A DNA stretch of 64,000 nucleotides from the NCBI GenBank assembly GCA_047967505.1, contig CM106538.1. The stretch is one strand, 5' to 3'. Positions 26,997 through 38,700 of the stretch are shown here, one piece after another. The first letter of the stretch is position 1. Each line of letters begins with the position of its first letter. The stretch comes from Dipteris shenzhenensis (lineage: Eukaryota). The notes under the pieces are model-generated. The model did no database searches. It was not told the DNA's origin and saw only the letters and a program-made list of their open reading frames with translations. A program made the position numbers and the translations under genes.

Positions 26997-28407
26997 ATGA
27001 AAACCAATGTGAATCGCACATCGACACGGCTGTTTTTTTGAATGCCTCCCCTAGGACACTCACTTCCTTCTGGACAGCCTTGGATTTGTTTTGCACGGCT
27101 GCAGGTGCACACATTAATTGGCATACATCCAGTGGTTTTTGGATTTGCAAGGATGACACCCCGGATTGGGGTAATGATATTGGCTTCACTTGGGTACAGA
27201 GGGACGTCTCCATCAGATATTTGGGCTGCCAGGTTGGGGTGGGCATCTCTCCTTCACAATAGTTTGCTCCAGTGTTGGAAAGCATCAGAGCTCAGCCAAA
27301 CTTGACTTGGCCTCCAAGGTGGTGGTGGTTAACCAGGTTCTTCTAGCCACAGCATGGTTTGTATAATCTTGTTGGTGCCACTCTAGGGATTGTATCACTC
27401 AGCTTAAGAGGCCTGTATGAAACTTTTTATGGAGTGGTCTAGATGGCACAACTGATGTTACAGCCAGGGTGGCTTGGGAGAACTTGATTCTTCCTACAAG
27501 AGAAGGGGGTTTGAATATCATCGACCCAGATCTACAGTGCAGAGCTTTACTCTGCAAGTTCGTTGTGAGAGGGCTTATGCCAAGGCAAGAGCCTTGGAAG
27601 GATTTTTTTATCAGATGCATACAGTCTCACACGCCCACTTCAGGAGAGGATTGGACACACAGTACTAGATGGGTTTTCACCACAGCCCACCTCAGGTCTC
27701 CCTCTTCCCCTCTTATGGTTGCTGTCCTGAAAGCATGGGCCAGCTTCAGGAGTACTCTTCGCAAGATTTCCCCATCCACCCGTGAAGAGATTGAAAGGCA
27801 GCCTATCATGTGGAATGACAGGATTTTGGATGAGCTTGGCAGACCACTTGGAGCTTCTCCTTACATGCAGTGGCCAAGATGGGAGAGGGGCCCTGCATCT
27901 ATAGTGGGAGCATGGAAAGCCTTTAGGAAGCTTCCTGCAGACCACCAGGCCTAGATGGTTCTTAATCTCAGAGGGAGTGCAGGGAGAGTCCAACAGATTG
28001 ATGCAGCCTTGCCCTTGGATTGGGTGGACACAGATGACATGCCTATTACTTGCTCCACCTGGATGGGGGCATTTTCCAGATTGGGAGTTCCTTTACAAGT
28101 GATTGCTTTTCTTAACCCACATGAGGATGCCTTAGTATTTGATGTTTCTTCGGGGGGCAGGCTGTCCAGATCCACAGATGATATCTTGTTGGAGGTACCA
28201 TTTCAGCCAGTCAGGATAGTGGGCTTCATGGAGCATGGCTCTCTTTCACAGTGGTACTTGGATCCTGACCCGCTTCTCCTCGCCCTTGGCTCATGGAGGC
28301 TGTGGCTCTATGGAGGTGTCCCAATTAAGTTTTTGCAGTGGGACCCTGCGGAATGGGAATGGATAGATGAAGGGCACCTAGAGAAGGGCATCCCCTTCTT
28401 TCGTTAG
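26997..28407 (+). mobile_element. LINE ORF2 post-RT region
   Basis: FCTAAGAHINW..IRYLGCQVG, NQVLLATAW, AWENLILPTREGGLNIID; same family as 1-2097. Confidence 0.85.
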
Positions 28408-28930
28408 ACGGTCAGTAATGCCAGGAAATTCCAGCTTAGCTGTAGGGGTTGGAGGCCCACCAGAGCTCATCATTGGGAGAGCTTTCAGATTCCTGCTGAC
28501 TTGTAGAAATTTTTTTGGCAAAGACTCTAGAAATCCCACCGAAATAGAAAAATCACTCTCTTCTTTTGGAAATTCACGGTGGGATAGCAACTGGCCAAGA
28601 TCTGAGAAAGGTGAACCTGAGAACCCTCCAAAGCCTCAATGCATCTGGCTCTCCAAATGTTCCATGCTGCAATGCTAGCTAGGATCTCCCATGGAGAGTC
28701 GACCGAGGAGTGAGCAGCCCTAAAAAGAGTGGCCGGAACATCCTCTAGAGAGCACGACTCCACAAGGTATCATCAGATGTGAAGAGCCCAAGAGGAATCA
28801 AGTCTCTCAAAAAATACCTGGGGCCCTGAAAGAGTAAGCCAAGCCCCTGATCCCTAGGTCATATAGAAAGGTAGGTGAACAAAAGTGCTGAAAAGTCTTG
28901 CAATCCCCTTCCATATGATTCTCGCCTGTC
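28408..28930 (-). mobile_element. LINE ORF2 3' fragment
   Basis: PWEILASIAAWNIWRARC (28527-28763), typical of the region after zf-RVT. Confidence 0.65.
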
Positions 28931-29229
28931 TGCAATCCCATAGGCAGTGCTGTATTGTCTCCAAAGCAGAAAGGCAGCGAGGGCAAGAAGGGTCAGCTTC
29001 GAACTTGGAACTCCAATTGACGATGATTATCCAGATGCTCCCCTTTTTTGGGTAACCTCGACACTAGATAAATGTTTGTTTGCTGTGGAGTACTTCCCAC
29101 CATGTCATGCCAACATACTTCATCTTTTGTCCACTAGAGAGTTTCTCCAAGGACTGACTCCACCAAGAAGAGGAAATGCATCATTCAAGCTGCCCCTTTC
29201 AAATCGATTGCAAGGCAGTTATACAAGCT

Positions 29230-29910
29230 AGGAAAGGATCACATCTTGAGACAGCAGTGCGTGCTCCAGCAGAAAATTCAGTCGATCGTGGACGAGGCTC
29301 ATGCTGGTATGGGTGAAGCACTGGAGGTCACATGTCTCTAAAAGCCACTGCCGAGAAGATCATGCGAGCTAGATTTTGGTGGACCACGTTCAAGGACAAT
29401 CATGTACATGTGTGCAAAAGTGACTCTTGTCAAGGAGCAAGGCCCCAAACATGAGTGTCTAGCCCTCAAACCATTTAGCCCCGTACCATCATACTATCAC
29501 TCAGGTTTGGATTTTGTGGGGCCAATCACTTGTGTCACAAGAGGGGGGCTGACGTATATATTGGTCCCCAAAAACTATGGCACCAAGTGGGTAGAGGCCA
29601 CGGCAATATCAACATGCACTACCCAAGTAGTGGCCACGTTCCCATATTATCAGATAATCTCTAGGTTGAGTGCCTAGTGGAATAGATGACTGATCAAGCA
29701 TCCCATTTCTTAAATGAAATCATTGGCACACTCGGCACACAACTCAAATTATCCTAAAACTATCCACTCCATATTATCCAAAAAGTGTCCATTCCATATT
29801 ATCCTCGTGGCACTAGCCTAGCTGAGAGCAACAATAAAATTATTTGTGGCACCATGGCTACACTTTTCCTAAATTGCCTGGAGATTGGGATCCTTTACTC
29901 CCAGCCACTT
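29230..29910 (+). mobile_element. Ty3/Gypsy integrase remnant
   Basis: GLDFVGPI..YILV..YGTKWVEATAI, then TDQASHF and PYYPR..AESNNK codons. Confidence 0.75.
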
Positions 29911-29919
29911 TGTTACAAA

Positions 29920-31430
29920 GCTAGCACCTTCTAAAATGCCAAGGAGAAAAATGCCTCAAACTCATGAGATATATAGTCCCCTCCTCTATCTGTGTGAAGT
30001 GTCTGCACCTTGAGTCTTGTCTCATTCTCAACCATAGCCACAAAGTGTTTGAAATGCATAAACACTTCTAATTTTGCCTTAAGACCATAGACCCAAGTGT
30101 AGTTGGTGAAGTCATCTATGAATGTAACATAATAAAGATAACCCCCAAAAGCAGGTGTCCTCATGGGACCGTAGACATCACTAATTTTGAATAAGTTGTA
30201 ATTTGCGTGTAGCTTTCACTGCACCATGGTTCTTGAAAGGAAATCTATGCATCTTGCCAAGGATGCAACCCTCACATCCATGAGGAGGAGGTGACTCTAA
30301 AGGAGGAAATGCATCAACCATATCATGCTTCTGAAGTGTCATTAAGCTGTCATAACTCATGTGCCCAAACTTGGCATACCATAACTCCGCATTCTGCATC
30401 GCAGCAGTGGGAGTGCTCATTGAAAATGCAAGATCAGATCTTTTCTCATATATATCAAGCTGAAAAAGACCCCGATACAAAGTGCCAGACAACATCAAAG
30501 CATAGTCATTATTTTTGTCTCTGACTGCACACTTAGCATTGTCGAATACAACTTGAAATCCTTCTCTATTAAGAGAGGACACTGAAAGTAAATTCTTCTT
30601 TATACCTGGCACATAGAGAACATTTGAAATTCTGAAATCTGTGCATCAGTGGATGTGAGAATAATGTCCCTACAATCCACACATTGAATAAGAAGAATTA
30701 TTTGCACAAGTCACCTTCTTTTTAGTAGCTGGTGGATGCAGAGATGCAAAAAGGCTCTTTCTAGAAGTGATGTGCTTAGAAGCACCACTATCAAAATACC
30801 AAGTATTCAGTGTCTCATTGACACTGAGAGAGCATGCAACCTTTGAACAATCATAACTGCAAGTCATGAAAGCATAAGGGTCATCATCATTAGTGGCTGT
30901 AGCAACAAAACTACCCACTGAAAAATATGAAATGCAAGGTAGAAATGCTTAGTGCTTTTCCACAAAGTTGGCTGTAACATCTCCCCCATCATGTGAATGA
31001 GGAGATGATGCATCTGACATAGCCATACCTAAATCCGTTTTCTTTTCTTTAGCTATGTGCTTCTTGCCTTCACTAATATAATGACCTGGCTTCTTGTAGT
31101 AGTGACGAATGCCCTTCTTTTTAGGCTTATCTGCATCACCCTTAGCCTTATAAGAGGGCTGTCCTGAATCAGCTTTATGTTGATGTGCGGACTGATTGGC
31201 ATGTTGCTTTTGCTGCCCTTTTCCCTTGGGCTTGAAATTGGAAAGCATGGCATGCTCGCCAGCCCGGGTTGCCATATTTCTTCATGTTTGCTCCTCCTAC
31301 AATAGAAGTCCTACCAACTTGTGAAAAGAGAGAGGATTGCTGCCCCCCCTCAATGACAAATTCAGCAAGGTGTGGAAACCAAGATAGGATTCAACAAGAG
31401 AATTCAGAGTGGTGGTAATCATCTTTGAAT
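29920..31430 (-). mobile_element. Copia gag-protease-integrase remnant
   Basis: Degenerate knuckle HYYKKPGH, WYFDSGASKHIT, KKNLLSVS..CEGCILGKMHR, YYVTFIDDFT..TDRGGDY. Confidence 0.9.
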
Positions 31431-31746
31431 CGGGGCCCCACATGATGCCTAGGATATTTGGGTCATCGTCAAATATTTTTTGGTGAAGAGATGCTTCTGA
31501 TTCTCAGCTTCTTTTTGCAATAGACGGCTTGTTCATTGGGTTCATTTTAAGTCACTTATGGCCATTTTTAGTCAAATCGCTAGTCGGGAGCAGCACACAC
31601 CTTACGAGGCATCCGAAATGTCCGGACGAGTGTTGTTGGATTTTTTTGCAAAAAGATTGTACTGTTCTCATCATCATTTTGCACTAGACGGCACCTTCAT
31701 CAGATTTGTTTTGACTCATTTATGACCTTTTTTGTACCTTATATCC

Positions 31747-31990
31747 TATTAGATATGCTCAATGCCCCACCCTCCTAGTAACCACCAATGGTCCAAGGTG
31801 CTCAAGTTGTAAGGCCCCCATATGAGGAGAAGCCATGTGTGAGCCCAGGACACTGGATGGATCTTGAGATGCATGTCAAATGAGGTCTATCAATGAGACT
31901 GTTGATGGTAGAATAGGGAATATTCTCTGAATATTCCATGGACGAGTAGTCGTTTCCATCGACTAGGTTGATCGGTCGGCTCCACCAACT
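31747..31990 (+). repeat. LTR fragment of the family at 52299-53024, in opposite orientation
   Basis: Reverse complement of about 52600-53024 with an internal deletion. Confidence 0.8.
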
Positions 31991-32089
31991 TTGACCAAAG
32001 AAGATTGCAAATCCCGTGGATTTCTCCAGCAAATGAGAGGACGAGGTAGATGCTTTAGCTCAGCACGATTTTGGCAAAGCCGATGAAGC

Positions 32090-32126
32090 TTAGGGTTTAG
32101 GGTGTAATGTTTTTTAGGGTTTAGGG
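32090..32126 (+). repeat. Short telomeric-motif tract (TTTAGGG)
   Basis: TTAGGG TTTAGGG ... TTTAGGG TTTAGGG, overlapping the viral fragment by GG. Confidence 0.8.
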
Positions 32127-32430
32127 TGATGAGGTGGGAGATTGACCGCTGTGGTATGCTTATATTGATGAGTTGCATCATCTTGGAAGCGGGTAGCATT
32201 CATAGAGGACATCCAGTAGCTCCAGCTTTCTCAGGCAGTAAACTTTGAGAAGAGGCAGCTTTCTAAGATGTCAAATCTTGTATGTCTTCAGGGCTCCACC
32301 GATTGAAAGATGGGAAGAAGAGGGGAAAGAGAGATGCATGACTTTTTTCCCATGGCTATGGCAAGGATGAAGCTTGATCATAGATTTAGAAGGGGCATCT
32401 TCAATCTGGAAAGTAGGCAATTGGGAAGAT
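32125..32430 (-). mobile_element. Endogenous caulimovirid fragment A' (post-MP region)
   Basis: Diverged duplicate of 34037-34350. Confidence 0.85.
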
Positions 32431-35269
32431 GGATTTCATCAAGGAAAGCCATGAGGGCTTTGAGTACATGATCTTGTACTTGAAGCTTGCCTTTGTGGAT
32501 ATGTTTTCCTCCCCAATAGTGACCTTTTTGGCAGAAAGAACCAAACCTTTAGCCTTATAGACCTAGACCATTTGTAAAAGATTTGCAAAATTGAAATCTT
32601 CCAGAGTTTTGTGGACTTCATGAGGCATATTATTAACATTGATAATTTTGGTTTGAGCCACAATAAGAGCCATTAAAGAATCACCAATCCCATGAGGTAG
32701 GCTGTATAGATAATGGCGCTTAGCAGAAGTGTCAGAAAAGAGACTGGCCCTATATATCAACTATTGAGCATCAGCATTATAAGCTTTGAGTTGAAAGAGA
32801 TCACAAAGTTGTAGTGCAGAAAGCGGGGCATTAGGTTGGCTGTTGCCATCAACACTTTGAAAGATCTTCTCTTTAGAAGCATCAGATAGAAATTCCCACC
32901 AATTACCAAGGACACAGGTAAATCCTTTTGTGGTTTCAACAAGAGCATCTCTACGATTGCATCTATACATAGTTACCAGAGACATCATATGACCACCATA
33001 AAAGATCTTTAGAAAGTCTTTCATTGCTTGGGGGGAAGGAGCATCAATATTGAGTATATCTCTAGGAAATGACTTGTGCATTAAACGCCTTTGTAAATCA
33101 GACTGTTCATTGAGATCTCTATCCATAAAATGAGTCTAAAATTCACCCCGCATAAATTGAGAACCGAGGACATCATGGAATTGTGTGCGGTGACCATGCC
33201 ACGGTGGTTGCTACTGCTGTTGGGATTGCTATTGATTGGTTGAGGCAGATTCTAGACTTTACACTGGATCTTCTTCCATAGGTTCAATCTTGACTCCTTG
33301 ATTCATATAGAGAGTGGGGAGTCCAATAGTAGAGGCAGATCTTGGAGAATCAGGAGGAGATTGTGGAGGGAGCTGAGGAGGTGGTGGAGGCATAAGAGCA
33401 GGTTCTTGTGGAAGATTAGGTGAAGGGATTGCTTCATAAGGGGCATGTGGGATAGTATTAGCAAAATGATTGGGTTGGTCCACTCTCATAGATGGCCCCA
33501 GTGCCAAGTATTATAGTACATAGGAAAGGTTTCAGTGGCAGGCTGTCGGTTCTCATTAGGAAGAGAGTCAGGAAAGATGGGCCAAAGCATGAGGTTAGGA
33601 GCTTTTTTGGGGCAAAAGGAATTATCAATAGGACTTGCCGATGGCAGAGGTAAGGAGGGAGGCAAAGACTTATGTAGAAGGGTGGTATGCACAGGAGGAA
33701 CAGAATCAGTAGTCAACTATTGGAGTTCTTGTAGAACAGACTAAATATTTCAGTCTAGCTTGCCAACAGCAAGTTGTAAATCATACATTGTGGTATAGCT
33801 AGCATCCAAACATACCTGTGTAGCCAGATTATGTGAATTGCACCAACTGAGTTGTTGTTGTTCAACAAGCATGTCAGCATCTGTCTCCACCAAAGCATAA
33901 GGTGCATGAATTGACTTGAGCTTGCCATCTTCCGTAGTGGATTGAAAGCCTTTAGCTTGAGGCCAATTAACAGGTGGACCATGTTCATTGGATGAAGTCA
34001 TTCAGGAGCAGCAATAATATTGTCATAATTCGTATGGTGATGAGCTGGGAGATTGACTGTTGTGGTATGCTCGTATTGATGAGTTGCATCATCTTGGAAG
34101 CGGGTAGCATTCATAGAGGACATCCAGTCATGAATAGCTTCAGCTTTCTTAGGCGGTAAACTCTGAGAAGAGGCAACTTTCTCAGATGTCAAATCTTGTA
34201 CGTCTTCAAGGGCTCCAGTGATGATTGAAACATGGGAAGAAGAGGGGAAAGAGATATGCATGACTTTTTTCCCATGGATAAGGTGAGGATGGAGCTTAAT
34301 CATAGATTTAGAAGGGGCATCTTCAATCTGGAAAGTAGGCAATTGGGAAGAGGCTTCCTGAAGAATAAACTGATAATCCATTTCCCATTTGGTTGGCATG
34401 GGAAGAGCATCATATTTGAAGTGGGTCACATCAACATTGGTGTTATCATACAAAACACATTCATCTTGGGTATTAACATGACGAGGAAGAGGATTAATAG
34501 TGATATAAGATAATTAATGCATCGGACATGGATGGCACAATACTCTGAGTGAGGCTTCATGGACAAGCCTTTAACTTGTACATAGAGATGTAGTGTCGTG
34601 GAGAGATGTGGATCAGCTAAAGACATTTTAAAATTGGGATAAACTATGGTATGAACAGGCTCACAGTTTAGACTACCATGGATAAGACCAATCCATGCAT
34701 CTTTTAGGTGAAGGTGGTGAGTATCAACAAGGCTAGCCATACAAGTAGCATTATCACCCATCCAGAACAATGGCTCTATGGCCAGAACAAAGCAATCGTA
34801 GTGTATATACTGTTAACCAGAATTTTCGAAAGATTCAATTTCTTGGGAAGTAAACAATGGAAGATACACACCGGTAGAACCTTGATCTGCTATATTTACA
34901 ACCACTTCAAAAATCTTGATATGCTTGAGAGCACAAAAATGAAAAGAACGTGTAGATATCCTCCGGATCTATGATAGGCATGTTCCAGGCAGCTTTTGGA
35001 TCAATAAGTTTAGAAGAAGAAGACGGAGAATCGGTGGAGGAAAAACGAGAAGAAAAGGAACGGATTAGACCAGCCATTAGCCAATACTTGATACTTTCCT
35101 CATGCATTTAGCTCAACCTCAACGCCTCTCTCCGGGCTTTAACGGGGAGCAATTCAACGCCTTTAGGAAAGGATAAAGAACAAACAAGGCTCTGATACCA
35201 AAAGAAGAGCAGAATACAGAATGCAGTGCAGCGTTAGATAGTAGAGGAATGGGAGCCAACAATGATACC
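32431..35269 (-). mobile_element. Endogenous caulimovirid copy A: leader, PBS, movement protein, coiled coil, Pro-rich linker, coat protein N-half
   Basis: PBS at 35200-35189; ATG at 35077 (MAGLIRSFSSRF); 30K-MP core ..ASLVDTHHLHLKDAWIGLIHGSLN..TIVYPNF; CP-like RDILNIDAP..ETTKGFTCVLGNWWEFLS; multiple stops. Confidence 0.88.
35189..35200 (-). promoter_or_regulatory. Viral tRNA-Met primer-binding site (TGGTATCAGAGC)
   Basis: Perfect match with no adjacent LTR; variants at 35872-35884 (+, TGGTGTCAGAGCC) and 57370-57359 (-, TGGTATCAAAGC). Confidence 0.9.
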
Positions 35270-35454
35270 TTTAGGGTCTAGGGTTTAGGGTTTAGGGGTT
35301 TAGGATTTAGGGTTTATGCTTGCAAACCGATTTTAGGGTTTAGGTTTAGGGTTTACTATTAGGGTTAGGGTTTTGGGTTTCGAGTTTAGGGTTTAGGGCT
35401 AAGGGTTTAGGGTTTAGGGTTTAAGGTTTCGAGTTTAGGGTTTAGGGTTTAGGG
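35270..35454 (+). repeat. Interstitial telomeric repeat (TTTAGGG)n, degenerate
   Basis: About 185 bp of TTTAGGG and variants (TCTAGGG, TTTAGGA, TTTCGAG) between head-to-head virus copies. Confidence 0.97.
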
Positions 35455-35745
35455 GGCTACCTGGAATATGCTGATCATAGATCTTGAAGATATGTATAAG
35501 TTCTCTGCTTTCCACTTCCGTGCTCTCAAGCATATCAAGATTTTGGCAGTAGTTGTGACTATTGCTAATGATGGTTCCATTGGTGGTTCCATTGGTGTGT
35601 ACCTTCCTCTATTTACTCTGCAAGAGATTGATTCCTTCAGGAACATTGGTTATCAGTATATCCACTATGGGTGTTTTGTCTTAACCAATCAAACTATTGT
35701 TTCGAATGGGTGTAAATGCTACCTGTATGGCTAGTCTTGTTGATA
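35455..35745 (+). mobile_element. Endogenous caulimovirid fragment B0 (MP 5' part)
   Basis: EDMYKFSAFHF..GYQYIHYGCFVL; diverged duplicate of about 36078-36365. Confidence 0.88.
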
Positions 35746-38700
35746 CATCATCTCCCCATTTTGTGTTCTCCCTTCCTCTCAGTATCCTTGTTAGCTCCCA
35801 TTCCTCAGCTATCTAACCCTCTGCTGCCCTTTTGCTGCTCTTTTGTTCTTTCCTGCATCCTGCTCCTCTTTTGGTGTCAGAGCCTTATTCATTCTTTACC
35901 CTTTCCAAAAGTCATTGAAGTGCTCCCTGTTGAACCCCAGAGGGAGGCGTGTGAGGTTGAGCTAAGTGCATGAGGAAAGTATTAAAGTGTCCAATGGTTG
36001 CTGTAATCCGATCCTTCTCTTCCCGTTTCTCTTCTACCTACTCTGCTTCCTCCTCTTTTGAACTTACTGACCCAAAGGCTACTTGGAATATGCCGATCAT
36101 AAATCCTGAAGATATTTATAAGTTCTATGCTTTACACTTCTGTGCTTTCAAGCATATCAAGTTTTCGGAAGTAGTTGTGAATACTGCTGTGATGAAGGTT
36201 CCACTGGTGTGTATCTTCCTTTATTTATCTGCAAGAGATTGATTCCTTCAAGAACTCTGGTTATCAGTATATCCACTATGGGTGTTTTGTCTTAGCCATT
36301 GAACCATTGTTTCGAATGGGTGTAAATGCTACCTGTATGGCTAGTCTTGTTAATACTCGTCATCTTCGCCTCAAAGATGCCAGGATTGGTCTCATCCATG
36401 GTAATCTTAATCGTGAGCCTCTCCATACTATAGTCTATCCTAATTTCAATATTTCCTTAGTAGATGAACATCTCTCGATTGCTCTTCATCTCTATGTATA
36501 GGTAAAAGGCTTGTCCATGAAGCCTTGCTCTAAATATTGTGCCATCCATGTCCGAAGTGTAAATTACCTTGTGTCCACTATCAATCCCCTTCCCTGTCAT
36601 GTGAATACTAAAGATGAGTGTATCTAGTATGGTAATACTTATGCCGATGTGACTCAGTTTAAGTTTCATGCCCTTCCCATGCCACTTGAATGGGAAATGG
36701 ACTATTAGATTGTTCTCCAAGAGGCCTCTTCCTAGCTGCCTACTTTCTAGATCGAAGATGCTCCTTCTAAATCTGTTATCAAGCTCCATCCTTGTCATAA
36801 CCATGGAAAAAGAGTTATGCGTCTTTCCTTCCCATGTTCCTCTCATGTTTCAATAGCTGGAGCTCTTGATGATGTACCAAATTCAGCATCTGAGACAACT
36901 GCCTCTGCTCAAAGTTTGCCACCTAGAAAGGCTGATGCTATTCATGATTGGATGTCCTCTACTAATGCTACGTGCCTGCACATTGATGCTACCCATCAAT
37001 ACAAGTGCGCTACACTGGTAGTTAATCTTTCGGCTCATCATCATATGAACTATGACAATATCACAACTTCTGAGCATCTGCATCTGATGAACATGGTTCA
37101 CCTGATTAATTGGCCTCGCTCCAAAGGTTTCCAGTCCACCTCAGAGGATGGCAAGCTCAAGTCGGTACATGCACCCTATGCATTGATAGAGACAAATGCT
37201 GTTGACATGCCAGTAGAGCAACAGCAACTCAATTGGTGCAATTCACATAATTTGGCTACCCAGGAATGTTTAGATGCCTGCTATACTGCACTATACGATT
37301 TGCAACTCACTGTTAATAAGTTAGATCAAAATATCTAGTCTGTTCTGCAAGAACTCCAATAGTGAATACTGATCCTATTCCCCCCGTGCATACTACTCTT
37401 ATACACAAGTATTTTTTCGAACCTTTATTTTTATCAATGCATACAAACTTTCGACACCAATATAAAAGTTTCACTTCTTAATGAAACTAATAGGAAAAAA
37501 TCATCCATGCCCACAACCGTATCCAACGGCTCTTTCTCATGGCTCCATGAGATGTGGTTGTGGGAAAGGAAGAGGGTTTAGCCACGTGATCTCGAAACTT
37601 TAGAAGAGCTTTCTGAATACTCTTTAGAATCTCCCACTTATTGCAATCTACCTTCCATCTAGTATTCACGTCCTTCTATTTTCAAACCAACCCATTTTGT
37701 ACATACACCCAATCCGCCATCCAGTTATCTTCCTCCACCCTTCTGCCATGCTCCCATCTCCACCATTTTAGCACTTGCTCCTCCTCTCCAATACTCATCC
37801 TATTCCAAAGCTTGAGATATGTCCTTCTCAACGTCCTTCCTGCTACGATCAATTCAAAAGTCTCGGCATCAGCATTGAAGGACTCTAAATCCATCTTACT
37901 ATAATCAAGGAGAATTGTAGAAAGCTCCAGTCATCAATAGATTCTCTTGATCGAAAAGTGGTAGAGCACCTCACACAATGTAAGCTCTAGTCCCTCTCCA
38001 CAGAAGCACGCCCATTTACTTATTCTATCCCTTTTACTAGTGCTTTCTCCCTCCATGACTTCTTTACCCAACCTGCTTCTCTAGTTTGCATTCTATGGAA
38101 ATGGTCCTCACCATCAAAGGGATTCTAATATGTCTTCCGCCCCATGTGTCAAAGTGTGGATCGTACTAGCCTAGTGCACACAAGATCAGCGGAAGAACGA
38201 AGGAGGCTCAAACCACACTAAGTAAGACATGAGAGGGAGATAGCAAATCTATATCTCTTGCAATAGGTGTGTTCAACAATACATGATAGGCCTCTTATAT
38301 AGAGAGTGCCCTTTGAATAGTCAACACTTGTGTGATCCTCTCATCCACATCCCTCCTTGTGGATATCCTCAATCCACATCTCCACATCATGTAGTCCACA
38401 TCCTAGGGTGGCTACTTTAATTCTTTCCTATACCATACCTTTGCACTTTAATCTATGTGCTCATGGCACCATATCTCAACACCTCCCCTTGGTGCCATGA
38501 TCCTTTGGCTACTGCAAGGTGGTCAGATGTGAGTTATATTCCATCACCTCCCCTTAGTGCTTGCATTGCTACTTAAGGTGGTAAAGTGTGGTTTTTACAT
38601 GTCAATACCTCCCCTGGGTGCTTTCATAGCTACTCTCAGGTGGTCAAATTTGATTTATAAAATATAGGCAAGGTTGGCAAGATATTTGTTTCTCAATACA

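Noticed and set aside
35270-35454. True chromosome end or CRISPR-like array
   Set aside because: Short, degenerate and internal, with no unique spacers; it is an interstitial telomeric tract.
37487-37894. Antisense ORFs in viral copy B
   Set aside because: Frame not conserved in the homologous part of copy C.
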